A stretch of DNA of 64,000 nucleotides from Hydrurus foetidus (taxonomy: Eukaryota): positions 310,001 through 374,000 of the forward strand of contig UYFQ01000023.1 of the NCBI GenBank assembly GCA_900617105.1, given 5' to 3'. Below are positions 1 through 12,472 of this stretch, piece by piece. Each line of letters opens with the position of its first letter. Within the stretch, counting starts at the first letter, position 1. A program made the position numbers and the translations under genes. Under the pieces are notes generated by a model. That model did no database searches. It was not told the origin of the DNA and saw only the letters and a list, made by a program, of their open reading frames with translations.

Positions 1-341
1 TGGCGCACCATCTGTAGCCATGCAGCTTGCAGCTCTGGGTTAGGCTCAGGCGCAACACCTGAGGATGCCGTGGGGGCACCTGAATTTGAATCAACACGAA
101 CCTCAACGCCCACAGCAGCAGAGGTAGGCTGGGATGCGGAGGATGGCAATGCAGATGGCGCTATTGGTTGGGTTGCACCAAAGTTCAGCCTGGGTGCAGA
201 CAACATCTTGGTGATGGTCTTGTCGCTGCACAATGGGCATTCAATCAGATTGCGGCTCAACTGACTTTGAAAATCGTCCTCGGACGCAAACCAGCCTTCA
301 AACGCATGCTGATAGCGGCACTGGAGATCCAAAACTTTCAT
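1..341 (-). CDS. DUF1178 family protein (partial, runs off window start)
   Basis: Not in the ORF track. Manual translation from the ATG at 341 gives MKVLDLQCRYQHAFEGWFASEDDFQSQLSRNLIECPLCSDKTITKMLSAPRLNF, with the C..H.FEGWF and CPxC motifs of DUF1178. Confidence 0.85.
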   Translation of the reverse strand, partial: MKVLDLQCRYQHAFEGWFASEDDFQSQLSRNLIECPLCSDKTITKMLSAPRLNFGATQPIAPSALPSSASQPTSAAVGVEVRVDSNSGAPTASSGVAPEPNPELQAAWLQMVR

Positions 342-351
342 AAAGCTATTA

Positions 352-939
352 TCAGCGAGCTGCTTGCCAATCCAAAACCCAAGCGCCTGACTGCACATTT
401 TGCAACCACAGCGCAGCAGTCAAGGTTTTGGCATCGGTCACAGTGCCGTCAAAACAACCTTGCAACAGCTCAGCCGGGCTGACCAGCACCACATCAAGGA
501 ACTCCCCCTCATCTAGCTGGCGTGTGCCGGCAAGCAAACCTCGGGCGAACCAGATGTCAATGAACTCTGTGGAATAGGAAATGGTCGGGTGAAGCAGCCC
601 AGCGCGAGCCCATTCGGTCGCGCTGTAGCCAGTTTCCTCTAGCAGTTCGCGTCGTGCGCAATCGAACACAGACTCACCTGCATCCAATTTACCTGCGGGG
701 AACTCCAAAAAAACACGTTGCACAGGGTAACGGTACTGGCGCTCCATCACCAAGCGGCCATCGTCCAGCAGAGGGACAATCATCACAGCACCGGGGTGCG
801 TTACAAATTCACGGGTGGTCAGCTGACCGTTCGGGAGTTTGACCACATCCCGCAGTACATGAAGAAACTTGCCCCTGAGCAGTTCTTCGCGGCTTTCAAA
901 TACCTCGGTCAAATGCAGATCATGCGCCGGTAATGTCAT
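352..939 (-). CDS. NUDIX hydrolase (ADP-ribose pyrophosphatase-like)
   Basis: Nudix box GKLDAGESVFDCARRELLEETGY; HPGAV motif. Confidence 0.9.
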   Translation of the reverse strand: MTLPAHDLHLTEVFESREELLRGKFLHVLRDVVKLPNGQLTTREFVTHPGAVMIVPLLDDGRLVMERQYRYPVQRVFLEFPAGKLDAGESVFDCARRELLEETGYSATEWARAGLLHPTISYSTEFIDIWFARGLLAGTRQLDEGEFLDVVLVSPAELLQGCFDGTVTDAKTLTAALWLQNVQSGAWVLDWQAAR

Positions 940-1244
940 TCAGAAACCTGGTGCTTGAGCAAATAACGGTAGACAAAACCCGGGAAGGAGAGCGTCACAA
1001 ACAAGGCCAACGAGATCGCATAGAACTCCCAGCCCTGCGGTGCAATCTGCCCTGCACGCCATTCCAGCGTCAAGCCAAGGCCACCAATGAGAAGATAGAA
1101 CACCAACAACTCCGCCAGTCGAAGCCCCAAACCTTTAGGACTGCCTAGTACCAAAACAGCCATCAAGCGCTGGCTGATAAACGGCAGATTGGCAGCAATC
1201 AGGGCCAGCAGCAGAACCAGCCAAACAGCAAGGGTTTGAGACAA
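936..1244 (-). CDS. DUF2818 family membrane protein
   Basis: Small hydrophobic protein with AANLPF and QGWEFY motifs, directly downstream of nuoN as is usual in betaproteobacteria. Confidence 0.8.
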   Translation of the reverse strand: MSQTLAVWLVLLLALIAANLPFISQRLMAVLVLGSPKGLGLRLAELLVFYLLIGGLGLTLEWRAGQIAPQGWEFYAISLALFVTLSFPGFVYRYLLKHQVSE

Positions 1245-1248
1245 GCGC

Positions 1249-2733
1249 TTAACTGCCCAGTGTTTTGACGATAGCCCGCGCGCACAGGGACATCAGGCCA
1301 CCGGGCAACAAACCGAGCGCAAGAATCAGTGCAGCATTCAAACACAACACAATGCGTACATCGGCGGAAGCAGATACCGTAGAAGCGGTTATGGGTTTGT
1401 CAAAGTACATTACCTTTACCACGCGAAGGTAGTAGAAAGCACCGATCAGCGACATCATCACAGCGAAGATAGCCAGCAGCAAATACGAAGTTTGTCCTGA
1501 CGTTATCAGGGCTTGCAACACCGACAGCTTGGCGTAAAAACCAACCATTGGCGGAATACCGGCCATCGAGAACAAACACACGGCCATGACACCAGCATAG
1601 AGCGGACTGCGTTGGTTCAAACCAGCCAAATCGCTGATCTCTTCACTCTCAAAACCTTCACGGGCCAAAAGCAAAATCACACCAAAAGTAGCCAATGTCG
1701 TCAATACATAAGTGATGACGTAAAACATGGATGAGCTGTACGCATTGGCGGCTGACAAGGTATTGCCGTTAATCACCCCAGACAACAGACCCAGCAGCAC
1801 AAAACCCATTTGCGAAATGGTGGAAAAAGCCAACATGCGTTTGAGATTGGTTTGTGCAATAGCCGCCAAATTACCAATCAGCAAGGAGCCCACGCAGAGT
1901 ACGACCAGCATTTGTTGCCAATCAATAGCCAGGGGCAACAAACCTTCAACCAACAAACGGATAGAGATGGCAAAAGCAGCCAACTTGGGAGCACCGCCAA
2001 TCATCAGCGTCACTGCTGTGGGGGCGCCTTGGTACACGTCAGGCACCCACATGTGGAAAGGCACAACACCCAGCTTGAAGGCCAAACCAGACACAATGAA
2101 CACCAAACCAAACACCAAAATTTGGTGTTTGATGTGCCCAGACGCTACCGCTTTAAAAACAGTGCTGATGTCCAAAGAGCCCGTAGCGCCATAAAGCATG
2201 GACAAACCATAAAGCAAGAAGCCTGATGCCAAGGCACCCAATACAAAGTACTTCATCGCCGCTTCAGTGGCCACAGCGTTATCACGACGCAAAGCCACCA
2301 GCGCGTAGCTGGAGAGCGTGAGCAGTTCCAAGCCCAAATAGATTACCAAGAAGTTATTCCCAGAAATCATCACAAACATACCAAGCAGAGAGAACAGGCT
2401 GAGCGTGAACATTTCACCACCACGCAACATACCTCGGTCAGCCGCATAAGGACGCCCATAGACCAATGTGATCATCATTGCGATGGTGGCGAAACACTTG
2501 AGCCAATTGCCCATCGGATCACTGACCACTTGGTTGCCAAAACCGTAAATGGTGGATTCACCCGAGGCATACAACGCCAGCAACACGGCAACTACACCCA
2601 AGGTCAGCAGGCTGAGCACGTAAGTCGCTGTGCGGCGTGGGCTTTTGACACCCAAATCCACCATGGTAATCACGAGCGCCATGATCGCGAGAATCAACTC
2701 AGGGTAAACCGCGATCAAACTGATTTTGTCCAT
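1249..2733 (-). CDS. nuoN: NADH-quinone oxidoreductase subunit N
   Basis: EAAMKYFVLGA and FKLGVVPFHMWVPDVYQGAP motifs; operon position. Confidence 0.97.
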   Translation of the reverse strand: MDKISLIAVYPELILAIMALVITMVDLGVKSPRRTATYVLSLLTLGVVAVLLALYASGESTIYGFGNQVVSDPMGNWLKCFATIAMMITLVYGRPYAADRGMLRGGEMFTLSLFSLLGMFVMISGNNFLVIYLGLELLTLSSYALVALRRDNAVATEAAMKYFVLGALASGFLLYGLSMLYGATGSLDISTVFKAVASGHIKHQILVFGLVFIVSGLAFKLGVVPFHMWVPDVYQGAPTAVTLMIGGAPKLAAFAISIRLLVEGLLPLAIDWQQMLVVLCVGSLLIGNLAAIAQTNLKRMLAFSTISQMGFVLLGLLSGVINGNTLSAANAYSSSMFYVITYVLTTLATFGVILLLAREGFESEEISDLAGLNQRSPLYAGVMAVCLFSMAGIPPMVGFYAKLSVLQALITSGQTSYLLLAIFAVMMSLIGAFYYLRVVKVMYFDKPITASTVSASADVRIVLCLNAALILALGLLPGGLMSLCARAIVKTLGS

Positions 2734-2759
2734 CTTCTGTCTTATCTCTTAATACAAGC

Positions 2760-4235
2760 TCAATTGAGCTTGGAGGTTGCCACATGCTTGAGCAAATCGG
2801 CTACCGAAGTATTCATCACATCGGTAAATTCTTTGGGGTAGATGCCCATGTACATGACGGCGAAGGCCAGCAGGCCCAGCATCAAAAATTCACGGGCGTT
2901 GATATCTTTCAATTCTTTAACATGGTCATTACCAACGGGGCCTAAGTACACCCGTTTGAACATCCACAAGGTGTAGGCAGCACCAAAAATCAAAGCACTG
3001 GCAGCTGCAAATCCCAACCAAAAATTGGCCTTGATCGCACCCAAAATCACCATCCACTCGCCCACGAACCCAGCCGTACCTGGCAGACCACAATTGGCCA
3101 TAGAAAACAGCAATGCAAATGCAGCAAACTTAGGCATGGTGTTGACAACGCCGCCGTAATCGGCGATTTGCCGTGAGTGCATACGGTCGTACAAAACACC
3201 AATGGACAAAAACATAGCGCCCGAGACGAAACCGTGGGCAATCATCTGTACCAGCCCACCCGAAACACCCAGGTCATTGAAGATGAAGAAACCAAGGGTC
3301 ACAAAGCCCATGTGCGCAACCGATGAGTAAGCCACCAGTTTTTTCATGTCTTGCTGCACCATAGCCACCAAACCGACATAAATCACGGCAATCAAAGACA
3401 ACGCAATCATCAACCACGCCCATTCGCGTGCAGCATCAGGAGCAATAGGCATTGAAAAGCGCAAAAAGCCATAAGCACCCAACTTCAACATGATGGCAGC
3501 CAGCACCGCAGAGCCACCCGTAGGGGCTTCTACGTGAACATCAGGCAACCATGTATGAACAGGCCACATGGGTACTTTTACAGCAAAAGCCGAGAAGAAC
3601 GCGAAGAACAAAAGCGTTTGCTCTGTGCGCCCCAAGGGCAGCTTGTGCCACGTCAAGATGTCAAAACTGCCACCTGATTTCGTGTACAAGAAAATCAGCG
3701 CGATCAGCATGAGCAACGAACCCAGCAGGGTGTACAAGAAAAACTTGAACGCCGCATAGATCTTGTTAGGCCCACCCCAAATACCAATGATGAGGTACAT
3801 CGGAATCAATGTGGCCTCGAAGAAGACATAGAACAAGATCCCGTCTAAGGCGGAGAACACACCGATCATCAAACCACTGAGGATTAAAAAAGCCCCCATG
3901 TACTGGTTGACGCGCTCGGTAATCACTTCCCAGGCTGAGATGATGACAACCACGTTGATAAAGGCGGTCAGCAGCACAAACCACAGCGATATACCGTCTA
4001 CACCAAGATGGTAATTAATATTGAAACGCTCTATCCAAGATGCATTTTCAACGAATTGCATCGCCGAAGTACCCAGCTTGAAGCCATCGTACAAAGGCAA
4101 AGTGACCAGAAAACTGATAACAGCGCCCACGAGCGCAAACCAGCGAACAGCCTTGGCTTGCTCATCATGACCGAGCGCCAACAACACGACACCAAAAAAG
4201 ACTGGCGTCCAGATGGCAAGACTCAACAAACCCAT
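2760..4235 (-). CDS. nuoM: NADH-quinone oxidoreductase subunit M
   Basis: KVPMWPVHTWLPDVHVEAPT motif. Start moved to MGLLSL (4235) to avoid overlap with nuoL. Confidence 0.97.
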   Translation of the reverse strand: MGLLSLAIWTPVFFGVVLLALGHDEQAKAVRWFALVGAVISFLVTLPLYDGFKLGTSAMQFVENASWIERFNINYHLGVDGISLWFVLLTAFINVVVIISAWEVITERVNQYMGAFLILSGLMIGVFSALDGILFYVFFEATLIPMYLIIGIWGGPNKIYAAFKFFLYTLLGSLLMLIALIFLYTKSGGSFDILTWHKLPLGRTEQTLLFFAFFSAFAVKVPMWPVHTWLPDVHVEAPTGGSAVLAAIMLKLGAYGFLRFSMPIAPDAAREWAWLMIALSLIAVIYVGLVAMVQQDMKKLVAYSSVAHMGFVTLGFFIFNDLGVSGGLVQMIAHGFVSGAMFLSIGVLYDRMHSRQIADYGGVVNTMPKFAAFALLFSMANCGLPGTAGFVGEWMVILGAIKANFWLGFAAASALIFGAAYTLWMFKRVYLGPVGNDHVKELKDINAREFLMLGLLAFAVMYMGIYPKEFTDVMNTSVADLLKHVATSKLN

Positions 4236-4249
4236 TTTTGCTTTTCCTT

Positions 4250-6277
4250 TTACTTGCCGAACCAGACGAACCAAGTCATCAGCACAAACACGCCAACAAT
4301 CATCGCCAAGGCGTAGTGGTAGATGAAACCCGATTGCAACCAACGAACCGTGCGAGAAACCCAACCCACCAGTTTCCATGATCCATTCACGATAGCACCA
4401 TCAATGATGGCTTGGTCGCCAACTTTCCACAGTGCAAACCCCAAACCACGGGCACCACGGGCCAAGATGTTTTCGTTGATCCAATCTAAGTAGTACTTGT
4501 TTTCCAACAAAGTGTAAATGGGCTGGCATGTGCGCTTGATAGCCGCTGGCACGGCCGGATTAACCATGTACATGTAGTAGGACGTAGCCACACCAGCTAC
4601 CGCCAGCCAAAATGGCAAAGTTGACAGTGCGTGCAACGCCATTTGCACCGGGCCGTGGAAAGCATGACCCAGCTCTTTCATGACAGGATGCTTCTCCAAA
4701 TTCACAAAAATCGCGTCTTTGAAGAAGTCCCCAAACAACATGGGCTCAATCGTTAAGAAACCAATGACGACAGAGGGGAATGCCAACAATAGCAATGGAA
4801 CCGTGACCACCCAAGGGGATTCATGCGGTTTGTGTGCTTCATGGTGACCACCGTGACCGTGGTCATCATGGTCGTGGTGTGCATCAGGATTTTGGTCAAA
4901 ACGCTCTTTGCCGTGAAACACCAGAAAATACATACGGAATGAATAGAACGCGGTGATAAACACACCCGCCAGTACCGCAAAGGAGGCAAAACCAGAACCG
5001 GCCAAGTGGCTTTCACGCACAGCCTCAATGATGCTGTCTTTGGAATAGAAGCCTGCAAACAAAGGTGTACCAATCAACGCCAATGAACCCAGCAGTGAAG
5101 TGATCCAGGTAATGGGCATGTATTTACGCAACCCACCCATCCAGCGAATATCTTGATTGTGGTGAACACCCATGATGACCGAGCCTGCCGCCAAAAACAG
5201 CAAAGCCTTAAAGAAAGCGTGTGTCATTAAATGGAACACAGCCACCGAATAGGCTGAAGCGCCCAAAGCGACCGTCATATAACCTAACTGCGACAAGGTG
5301 GAATAAGCCACAACGCGCTTGATGTCATTTTGGATAATGCCCAAAAAGCCCATGAACAGCGCCGTAATGGCACCGATCACCATAATGAAACTTAAAGCTG
5401 TATCGCTCAACTCGAAGAGTGGCGACATACGAGCCACCATGAAAATACCGGCTGTCACCATCGTTGCGGCATGAATCAATGCAGATATAGGCGTGGGGCC
5501 TTCCATAGAATCAGGCAACCAAACGTGCAAAGGGAATTGGGCGCTCTTGCCCATAGCACCGATAAACAAGCAAATACAGATCACCGTAACCAGCATCCAA
5601 TCCGTTCCCGGAAATATCAATTTAGACAGCTCGTCACCTTTGATAAATACTTCTGCATAGTTCAAAGAGCCGGTGTAAGCCGCGATCAAACCAATACCTA
5701 AAATGAAACCAAAATCACCCACACGGTTCACCAAAAAGGCTTTCATGTTGGCAAAAATAGCAGTTGGTTTGTTGAACCAGAAACCAATCAGCAGGTAAGA
5801 CACCAAGCCAACAGCTTCCCAACCAAAGAACAACTGAAGCATGTTGTTGCTCATCACCAGCATCAACATGGAAAAGGTAAACAAGGAAATATAAGCAAAG
5901 AAACGGTTGTAACCGGCATCTTCTTCCATGTAGCCGATGGTGTACAGATGCACCATCAAGGACACAAAAGTCACCACACACATCATCATTGCAGTGAGGC
6001 CATCGACTAAAAAGCCGATTTCCATTTTCAGACCACCGACCACCATCCAGGTATACAGCGTCTCACTCAGACGGGCACCGTCTTGAACTACGCTTTTGAG
6101 CGTCAAGACTGAAATCACAAAGGAAACCAGCACACCCAAAATAGTCAGACTGTGGGTCAGGCGACGACCTATCCAGTTCCCCCCCAAAGAGGTGCCCAAA
6201 ACACCCGCCAACAAAGCGCCTACCAAAGGCGCCAGCGGTACAGCCAGTAAAGTTGTTGAAGAAAGCGTTGCGCTCAT
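4250..6277 (-). CDS. nuoL: NADH-quinone oxidoreductase subunit L
   Basis: GKSAQFPLHVWLPDSMEGPTPISALIHAATMV motif. Confidence 0.97.
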   Translation of the reverse strand: MSATLSSTTLLAVPLAPLVGALLAGVLGTSLGGNWIGRRLTHSLTILGVLVSFVISVLTLKSVVQDGARLSETLYTWMVVGGLKMEIGFLVDGLTAMMMCVVTFVSLMVHLYTIGYMEEDAGYNRFFAYISLFTFSMLMLVMSNNMLQLFFGWEAVGLVSYLLIGFWFNKPTAIFANMKAFLVNRVGDFGFILGIGLIAAYTGSLNYAEVFIKGDELSKLIFPGTDWMLVTVICICLFIGAMGKSAQFPLHVWLPDSMEGPTPISALIHAATMVTAGIFMVARMSPLFELSDTALSFIMVIGAITALFMGFLGIIQNDIKRVVAYSTLSQLGYMTVALGASAYSVAVFHLMTHAFFKALLFLAAGSVIMGVHHNQDIRWMGGLRKYMPITWITSLLGSLALIGTPLFAGFYSKDSIIEAVRESHLAGSGFASFAVLAGVFITAFYSFRMYFLVFHGKERFDQNPDAHHDHDDHGHGGHHEAHKPHESPWVVTVPLLLLAFPSVVIGFLTIEPMLFGDFFKDAIFVNLEKHPVMKELGHAFHGPVQMALHALSTLPFWLAVAGVATSYYMYMVNPAVPAAIKRTCQPIYTLLENKYYLDWINENILARGARGLGFALWKVGDQAIIDGAIVNGSWKLVGWVSRTVRWLQSGFIYHYALAMIVGVFVLMTWFVWFGK

Positions 6278-6287
6278 GGTTGTTCTC

Positions 6288-6596
6288 TTAGCCTTTGAGC
6301 GAGTTCAGTTCTTCAACATTGATGCTGTCCTTGTTGCGAAACAAGAGCACCAAAATTGCTAGGCCGATAGCAGACTCTGCAGCCGCCACCGTCAAAATAA
6401 AGAACACAAAAATTTGACCGTTCAAATCACCGAGAAAGTGCGAGAACGCCACGAAATTCATATTGACGGCAAGCAGCATCAACTCGATTGCCATCAGTAA
6501 CACAATGAGGTTTTTGCGGTTCAAGAAAATGCCAATCACAGACAGCGCAAACAAAATAGCGCCCAGCGACAAGAAGTGCCCAAGACTTGGAATCAT
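6288..6596 (-). CDS. nuoK: NADH-quinone oxidoreductase subunit K
   Basis: MAIELML and [11 protein letters not shown] motifs. Confidence 0.97.
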   Translation of the reverse strand: MIPSLGHFLSLGAILFALSVIGIFLNRKNLIVLLMAIELMLLAVNMNFVAFSHFLGDLNGQIFVFFILTVAAAESAIGLAILVLLFRNKDSINVEELNSLKG

Positions 6597-7261
6597 GCCT
6601 TTTTCTCCGCCATATCGCCGACTGCGCTGGTAGGTTGAACCGGTGCAACACTCTTTTGAGTTGCATTCATTTTGACAACATCCATACGGTCACGGGCTTT
6701 CACCCGTACTTGATCAGATGCACTCACATATTTGCTGTCTTTGCGCTCACGCAGGGTCAGTGCAATTGCAGCGATAACCGCGACAAGCAAAATAATGGCA
6801 GCAATCTGCAAAGGATACAGATAAGAGGTGTAGAGCAATATGCCCAATTCTTTGGTGTTTGAAGCTTGAGCAACAGCCTGCCCCAACGCGGCCACAACTT
6901 TAGGCTCTTCATTCAAACGGAAGCCCCCCATCAGTACAGTCGCCATTTCCAACGCGATCAATGCACCAATACCCGCAGCCAAAGGAAAGTGCTTCCAGAA
7001 CCCCTGGCGTACGCTGTCAATATTGATGTCCAACATCATCACAACAAACAAGAAGAGCACCATCACCGCACCGACATACACCAATACCAGCGAAATAGCT
7101 AAAAATTCGGCTTTCAGTAAAATCCAAATCGCAGCGGCTTGAAAAAATGCAAGCACCAAGTAGAGCACTGCATACACGGGATTGCGCGCCGTGATAACAC
7201 GGAAAGCAGCAAACAGCAGCAGCGCTGAAAAAACGTAAAAAAGACCTGACTTAACGTCCAT
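6593..7261 (-). CDS. nuoJ: NADH-quinone oxidoreductase subunit J
   Basis: NPVYAVL and [18 protein letters not shown] motifs; start set at MDVKSG (7261). Confidence 0.95.
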   Translation of the reverse strand: MDVKSGLFYVFSALLLFAAFRVITARNPVYAVLYLVLAFFQAAAIWILLKAEFLAISLVLVYVGAVMVLFLFVVMMLDINIDSVRQGFWKHFPLAAGIGALIALEMATVLMGGFRLNEEPKVVAALGQAVAQASNTKELGILLYTSYLYPLQIAAIILLVAVIAAIALTLRERKDSKYVSASDQVRVKARDRMDVVKMNATQKSVAPVQPTSAVGDMAEKKA

Positions 7262-7328
7262 AAAGTGCTTCGTGTGTGACTTCTGAGTTGCTTCTGTGAA
7301 TACGGGGTGTAACGAGGTCAGCGGCCAG

Positions 7329-7862
7329 TTAACGGTAAGGAGCATCTGCTGCTTTTGCAGCAGCGATCTCAGTTTCATAGCGATCGCCAACAGCTAACAG
7401 CATGTCTTTGGTGAAATACAAATCACCGCGCTTTTCACCGTGGTATTCAAAAATATGGGTTTCCACGATGGAGTCGACGGGACAACTTTCTTCGCAAAAT
7501 CCGCAAAAAATGCACTTGGTCAAATCAATGTCGTAGCGTGTGGTGCGGCGACTGCCATCAGCCCGTACATCCGATTCAATCGTAATTGCCATAGCGGGGC
7601 AAACCGCCTCGCACAACTTGCAGGCAATACAGCGCTCTTCGCCATTTTCATAACGACGCAAGGCATGCAGGCCGCGAAAACGAGGGCTGAGCGGTGTTTT
7701 TTCCTCAGGAAATTGCACCGTGATTTTGCGGCGAAACGCATGCTTGCCTGTCAGCGCCATACCTTTGAACAGCTCGATCAACATGAAGCTGGACAAAAAG
7801 TCCTTCAGCGAAAATGCGGGCTTGACAAACGCAGGAGCGAAAGTAGGAGAAAGGATGGCCAT
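7329..7862 (-). CDS. nuoI: NADH-quinone oxidoreductase subunit I
   Basis: Two 4Fe-4S motifs, [12 protein letters not shown] and [12 protein letters not shown]; start set at MAILSP (7862). Confidence 0.96.
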   Translation of the reverse strand: MAILSPTFAPAFVKPAFSLKDFLSSFMLIELFKGMALTGKHAFRRKITVQFPEEKTPLSPRFRGLHALRRYENGEERCIACKLCEAVCPAMAITIESDVRADGSRRTTRYDIDLTKCIFCGFCEESCPVDSIVETHIFEYHGEKRGDLYFTKDMLLAVGDRYETEIAAAKAADAPYR

Positions 7863-7872
7863 AGTGCAATCT

Positions 7873-8955
7873 TTACTTCCAAATATTAAAAGAGGTTTGC
7901 ATCCAAGCACCGACTACGACTAACCAAATGAGTGTGACAGGGATGAAAATTTTCCAGCCCAAACGCATGATCTGATCGTAGCGAAAGCGAGGGAAAGTAG
8001 CGCGAACCCACAAGAACAAGGTCACGACCACAAAAGTCTTCAAACCTAGCCAAATCCAACCGGGAATCCAATTGAACAGAGCACTGTCGATAGGTGGCAA
8101 CCAACCGCCCAAAAACATGATGGCAGCAAGAATTGACACCAACCACATGTTGGCATACTCAGCCAAGAAGAACATGGCGAACGACATACCCGAATATTCA
8201 ACCATGTGCCCCGCCACAATTTCAGACTCACCCTCCACCACATCGAACGGGTGACGGTTGGTTTCGGCAATTCCTGAAATAACATAAACCACAAAAATAG
8301 GCAGCAGTGGTAGCCAATTCCAAGATAAAAAGTTCAACCCGGCTTGGGCAAACATGCCTTTGTTTTGACTCAACACGATATCGGTCATGTTCAAGCTGGA
8401 AGACACCATCAGCACGACCACCAAACAAAAGCCCATGGCAATTTCATAGCTGACCATTTGTGCCGATGCACGCAAAGCCCCCAAGAACGCGTACTTGGAA
8501 TTGGATGCCCAACCCGCAATGATGACACCGTAGACTTCCATGGATGTGATCGCCATGATAAGCAACAAACCAGCATTGACATTCGCCAACGCGGTGTCAG
8601 GACCAAAGGGCACAGCCACCCAAGCAGCCAACGCAGGCATGATCGTGAGAATAGGCCCAAGAATAAACAAACTCTTATTCGCCGCACTGGGCACAATAAT
8701 TTCTTTGGTTAGCAACTTCAAAGCATCCGCAATGGGCTGCAGCAAACCAAATGGCCCCACTCGGTTAGGTCCGATGCGAATTTGCATCCAACCAATGGCT
8801 TTACGCTCCCACAATGTCAGGTAAGCCACGCATCCCATCAACGGAAGAACCACAACCACAATTTTGATGAGCGTCCACACTACGGGCCACACCAATCCAG
8901 CCCACCATGCAGCCGGAATCAGGTTCAAACCAAACCCATAAAAAAGATCAATCAT
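7873..8955 (-). CDS. nuoH: NADH-quinone oxidoreductase subunit H
   Basis: [20 protein letters not shown] and ETNRHPFD motifs. Confidence 0.97.
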   Translation of the reverse strand: MIDLFYGFGLNLIPAAWWAGLVWPVVWTLIKIVVVVLPLMGCVAYLTLWERKAIGWMQIRIGPNRVGPFGLLQPIADALKLLTKEIIVPSAANKSLFILGPILTIMPALAAWVAVPFGPDTALANVNAGLLLIMAITSMEVYGVIIAGWASNSKYAFLGALRASAQMVSYEIAMGFCLVVVLMVSSSLNMTDIVLSQNKGMFAQAGLNFLSWNWLPLLPIFVVYVISGIAETNRHPFDVVEGESEIVAGHMVEYSGMSFAMFFLAEYANMWLVSILAAIMFLGGWLPPIDSALFNWIPGWIWLGLKTFVVVTLFLWVRATFPRFRYDQIMRLGWKIFIPVTLIWLVVVGAWMQTSFNIWK

Positions 8956-11099
8956 GCGGCCACCTCTTCAGGAGACACTGCACGTGCATCAGCGGTCAGT
9001 TGCAAACTGGGTGAGCGGCGCACCAAACCATCCAACTGATAAATGCTGGCGGTGCAAGGTTTTGCGCCAGCACCGGTCGTACCCGTCGCTGGTATGGGCG
9101 CATTCGTGGCATTGCTCAATCTAGCAGCAGGTACTTGCATCACCTCGTCTTGCAACACCAGCCCCAATGCAGCCAAAACGTCTTGTGATGTTTCAAAATC
9201 AAAACCAGGAAGCATCAGCATATTGCCAAGCACTCGCAGAATTTTCCAAGCAGGACGGGTGTCCCCCAACGGTTTCACCACCGCATGGAAACTCTGCGCA
9301 CGACCCTCTGCATTCACAAAGGTGCCGGAGGTTTCAGTGAAAGGCGCAATGGGCAAAAGCACATCACTGAACGCAAGATTCGTCTTAAAGGGACTCAGTG
9401 TCACCACCATCTGCGCGTTGTCCAAACCCGTTACGCCGTAAGCAGAATCCTGATCGGGTTCGACGTTCAAGAGAATGACAGCCTTCAACCCACCCTGAAG
9501 CATTTGCTGCGCATTCAACCCTGTTTTTTGCGGTTGAGTACCGGCAAATTGAGCACCCACGGTGTTGGCGGCTTCAGTGAAATAACCAACGCTAGCCCCA
9601 CATTGCGTGCCAATCCACTGCGCAAGCGCCAGCAAACCGCTTGCTTGAGTATGGTGTGCGGCAGCATTGCCTAACAAAATAGATTTACGCTCGCCACCCA
9701 ACAGAGACTGCGCGATGGCAACAGCCATAACCGTCGCTGTACCTGTGTGAGGTGCTGAAACACCCTTCTCTACCGCAACAGCGACAGCCACATCGGCCAG
9801 CGCTTGCATCCAAACATCTGCATCACCCATCAGCGCGTGCGTCACAGGCATGGCCCAAGCATCCACAGAAGCCATTTCCGCTACTGAATTGATAGCTGTA
9901 ACAGTACATCCTTTACGCACTGCCTGTCGAATTCGTTGTGCAAACAAGGGGTGGTCCTTGCGTAAGTTAGACCCAACCACCAGCACGCGCTGGAGTTGCG
10001 ACAAAGACGCAATGGAGGTGCCCAACCAACGAATACCTTCTGGTGCAGTGAACTCGGCGTTCCGCAGACGGTAGTCAATGTTGTCACTGCCCAGTCCACG
10101 CGTCAATTGTGCGGCCAGAGCCAATTCTTCCAACGTGCTGTGCGGGCTAACCAAGGCGCCAACGCTCTGCGCACCGTGGTCGGCCTTGATCTGCTTCAGA
10201 CCATTGGCGATGTACTCCAAAGCGACCTGCCATTCCACCGTCTTCCACTCCCCACCCTGCTTGAGCATGGGCGCAGTGAGACGGTCTGGGCTGTTCAGGG
10301 CTTCGTAAGAAAAACGATCGCGATCAGCGATCCAACATTCGTTCACGGCTTCGTTTTCGAGGGGAACGACACGCATCACTTTGTTATTTTTAACCTGCAC
10401 AATCAGATTAGCACCGGTGGAATCATGCGGGCTAACGGATTTACGGCGGCTCAACTCCCAGGTGCGTGCGCTGTAGCGGAAAGGCTTGCTGGTCAAAGCA
10501 CCAACAGGGCAAATGTCGATCATATTTCCCGACAACTCGGAATCCACGGTATCGCCCACAAAGGTCTCAATTTCTGCGTGCTCACCTCTGTGGCTCATGC
10601 CCAGTTCCATCACGCCAGCGACTTCTTGGCCAAAACGCACACAACGGGTGCAATGGATGCAGCGACTCATCTCTTCCATGCTGATGAGAGGGCCCACATC
10701 TTTGTGGGAGACGACGCGCTTTTCTTCTTCGTAACGGGAAGAAGAGCCACCATAACCAACAGCTAAATCTTGCAACTGACATTCGCCGCCTTGATCGCAA
10801 ATAGGGCAATCCAGAGGGTGGTTAATCAACAAGAACTCCATCACAGACTGCTGGGCTTTGATGGCTTTGTCGCTCTTGCTGCGCACAATCATGCCGTTGG
10901 TCACAGGCGTGGCACAGGCAGGCATGGGCTTGGGCATTTTTTCCACATCCACCAAGCACATACGGCAATTGGCCGCGATGCTTAGTTTCTTGTGGTAGCA
11001 AAAATGAGGAATGTAAGTCCCCGCCTTGTCAGCAGCGTGCATGATCATGCTGCCTTCCAGGATTTCTACTTTTTTACCGTCGAGTTCAATTTCAACCAT
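8952..11099 (-). CDS. nuoG: NADH-quinone oxidoreductase subunit G
   Basis: [27 protein letters not shown] and CIHCTRC Fe-S motifs. Confidence 0.97.
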   Translation of the reverse strand: MVEIELDGKKVEILEGSMIMHAADKAGTYIPHFCYHKKLSIAANCRMCLVDVEKMPKPMPACATPVTNGMIVRSKSDKAIKAQQSVMEFLLINHPLDCPICDQGGECQLQDLAVGYGGSSSRYEEEKRVVSHKDVGPLISMEEMSRCIHCTRCVRFGQEVAGVMELGMSHRGEHAEIETFVGDTVDSELSGNMIDICPVGALTSKPFRYSARTWELSRRKSVSPHDSTGANLIVQVKNNKVMRVVPLENEAVNECWIADRDRFSYEALNSPDRLTAPMLKQGGEWKTVEWQVALEYIANGLKQIKADHGAQSVGALVSPHSTLEELALAAQLTRGLGSDNIDYRLRNAEFTAPEGIRWLGTSIASLSQLQRVLVVGSNLRKDHPLFAQRIRQAVRKGCTVTAINSVAEMASVDAWAMPVTHALMGDADVWMQALADVAVAVAVEKGVSAPHTGTATVMAVAIAQSLLGGERKSILLGNAAAHHTQASGLLALAQWIGTQCGASVGYFTEAANTVGAQFAGTQPQKTGLNAQQMLQGGLKAVILLNVEPDQDSAYGVTGLDNAQMVVTLSPFKTNLAFSDVLLPIAPFTETSGTFVNAEGRAQSFHAVVKPLGDTRPAWKILRVLGNMLMLPGFDFETSQDVLAALGLVLQDEVMQVPAARLSNATNAPIPATGTTGAGAKPCTASIYQLDGLVRRSPSLQLTADARAVSPEEVAA

Positions 11100-11116
11100 T
11101 TTGCTTATTCACCCGA

Positions 11117-12472
11117 TCAAACGTAAGCGGGAACCATACAGGTCTTGTGCTCAACGTGGTATTCAAACTCGTGCCGAAAATGCTTAATCATGGCACGTAC
11201 AGGCATGGCGGCTGCATCACCCAGTGCGCAAATCGTACGGCCTTGAATGTTGTCAGCCACAGAATTCAATAAATCCAAATCACTGGCACGACCATGACCC
11301 GTCTCAATGCGGTCTACCATGCGCGACAACCAACCTGTACCTTCACGGCAAGGTGTGCATTGTCCACAAGACTCGTGCATGTAAAAGTAACTCAAGCGCT
11401 GCAAAGCTTTCACCATACAACGCGAATCGTCTAAGACGATCACAGCACCAGAGCCCAGCATGGAACCCGCTTTGGCAATCGAGTCGTAGTCCATCGTGCA
11501 GTCCATCATGATGGATGCTGGCAAAACAGGGGATGACGATCCACCAGGGATCACAGCCTTGAGCGTGCGCCCTTTGCGTACACCACCGGCCAATTCAAGC
11601 AAAGTTGAAAAAGGGGTTCCCATTGGGATTTCAAAATTCCCAGGATTTTCAACGTCGCCGCTTACCGAGTAAATCTTGGTGCCACCGTTATTCGGCTTGC
11701 CACAAGCCAAGTAGGCTGCGCCACCGTTACGGATAATCCAAGGGACTGCAGCGAAGGTTTCTGTGTTGTTGATGGTGGTGGGTTTGCCGTACAGACCAAA
11801 ACTGGCAGGGAAAGGTGGCTTGAAGCGGGGTTGCCCCTTTTTACCTTCGAGCGACTCCAGCAACGCCGTCTCTTCACCGCAGATGTAAGCACCAAACCCA
11901 TGAGCGGCGTGCAACTGAAAACTGTAGCCACTTCCCATGATGTTGTTGCCCAACAGGCCGGCAGCACGGGCTTCTTCCAATGCCTCTTCAAACCGTTCAT
12001 AGGTCTGGAAGATTTCGCCGTGGATGTAGTTGTACCCCACATTGATACCCATGGCGTAGGCAGCAATCGCCATGCCTTCAATCACAATATGTGGATTGAA
12101 TTGCATAATGTCACGGTCTTTGCAAGTCCCAGGCTCACCTTCGTCAGAATTACAAACAAGGTATTTTTGACCCGGAAACTGACGGGGCATGAAACTCCAT
12201 TTCAAACCCGTGGGAAAGCCTGCACCACCACGACCACGCAAAGCGGACTCTTTCACCGTAGCAATCACTTGGTCTTGCGTCAGACCTTCGCCACCATCTT
12301 TACCTAAAATCTTGCGCAAAGCTTCGTAGCCTCCGCGTGCTTGGTAAGCGTCTAAACGCCAGTTGGTGCCATCCAAATCTTTCATGATTTGGGGGTCGAT
12401 GTGACGCCCATGAAATGAGGTTTGAACACCCGTTGCTTGGAATTGCGTGAGAACTTGTGAAGGTGTCATCAT
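11117..12472 (-). CDS. nuoF: NADH-quinone oxidoreductase subunit F
   Basis: [30 protein letters not shown] and [12 protein letters not shown] motifs. Confidence 0.97.
   Translation of the reverse strand: MMTPSQVLTQFQATGVQTSFHGRHIDPQIMKDLDGTNWRLDAYQARGGYEALRKILGKDGGEGLTQDQVIATVKESALRGRGGAGFPTGLKWSFMPRQFPGQKYLVCNSDEGEPGTCKDRDIMQFNPHIVIEGMAIAAYAMGINVGYNYIHGEIFQTYERFEEALEEARAAGLLGNNIMGSGYSFQLHAAHGFGAYICGEETALLESLEGKKGQPRFKPPFPASFGLYGKPTTINNTETFAAVPWIIRNGGAAYLACGKPNNGGTKIYSVSGDVENPGNFEIPMGTPFSTLLELAGGVRKGRTLKAVIPGGSSSPVLPASIMMDCTMDYDSIAKAGSMLGSGAVIVLDDSRCMVKALQRLSYFYMHESCGQCTPCREGTGWLSRMVDRIETGHGRASDLDLLNSVADNIQGRTICALGDAAAMPVRAMIKHFRHEFEYHVEHKTCMVPAYV

Noticed and set aside
4236..4379. N-terminal extensions of nuoM (also nuoJ, nuoI, tpiA, nirD and feoA) in the ORF track
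   Set aside because: They overlap upstream genes or regulatory sites; internal ATGs give normal lengths.
4820..4885. His-rich loop in NuoL (HHDHDDHGHGGHH)
   Set aside because: This is a common feature of proteobacterial NuoL and not unusual.
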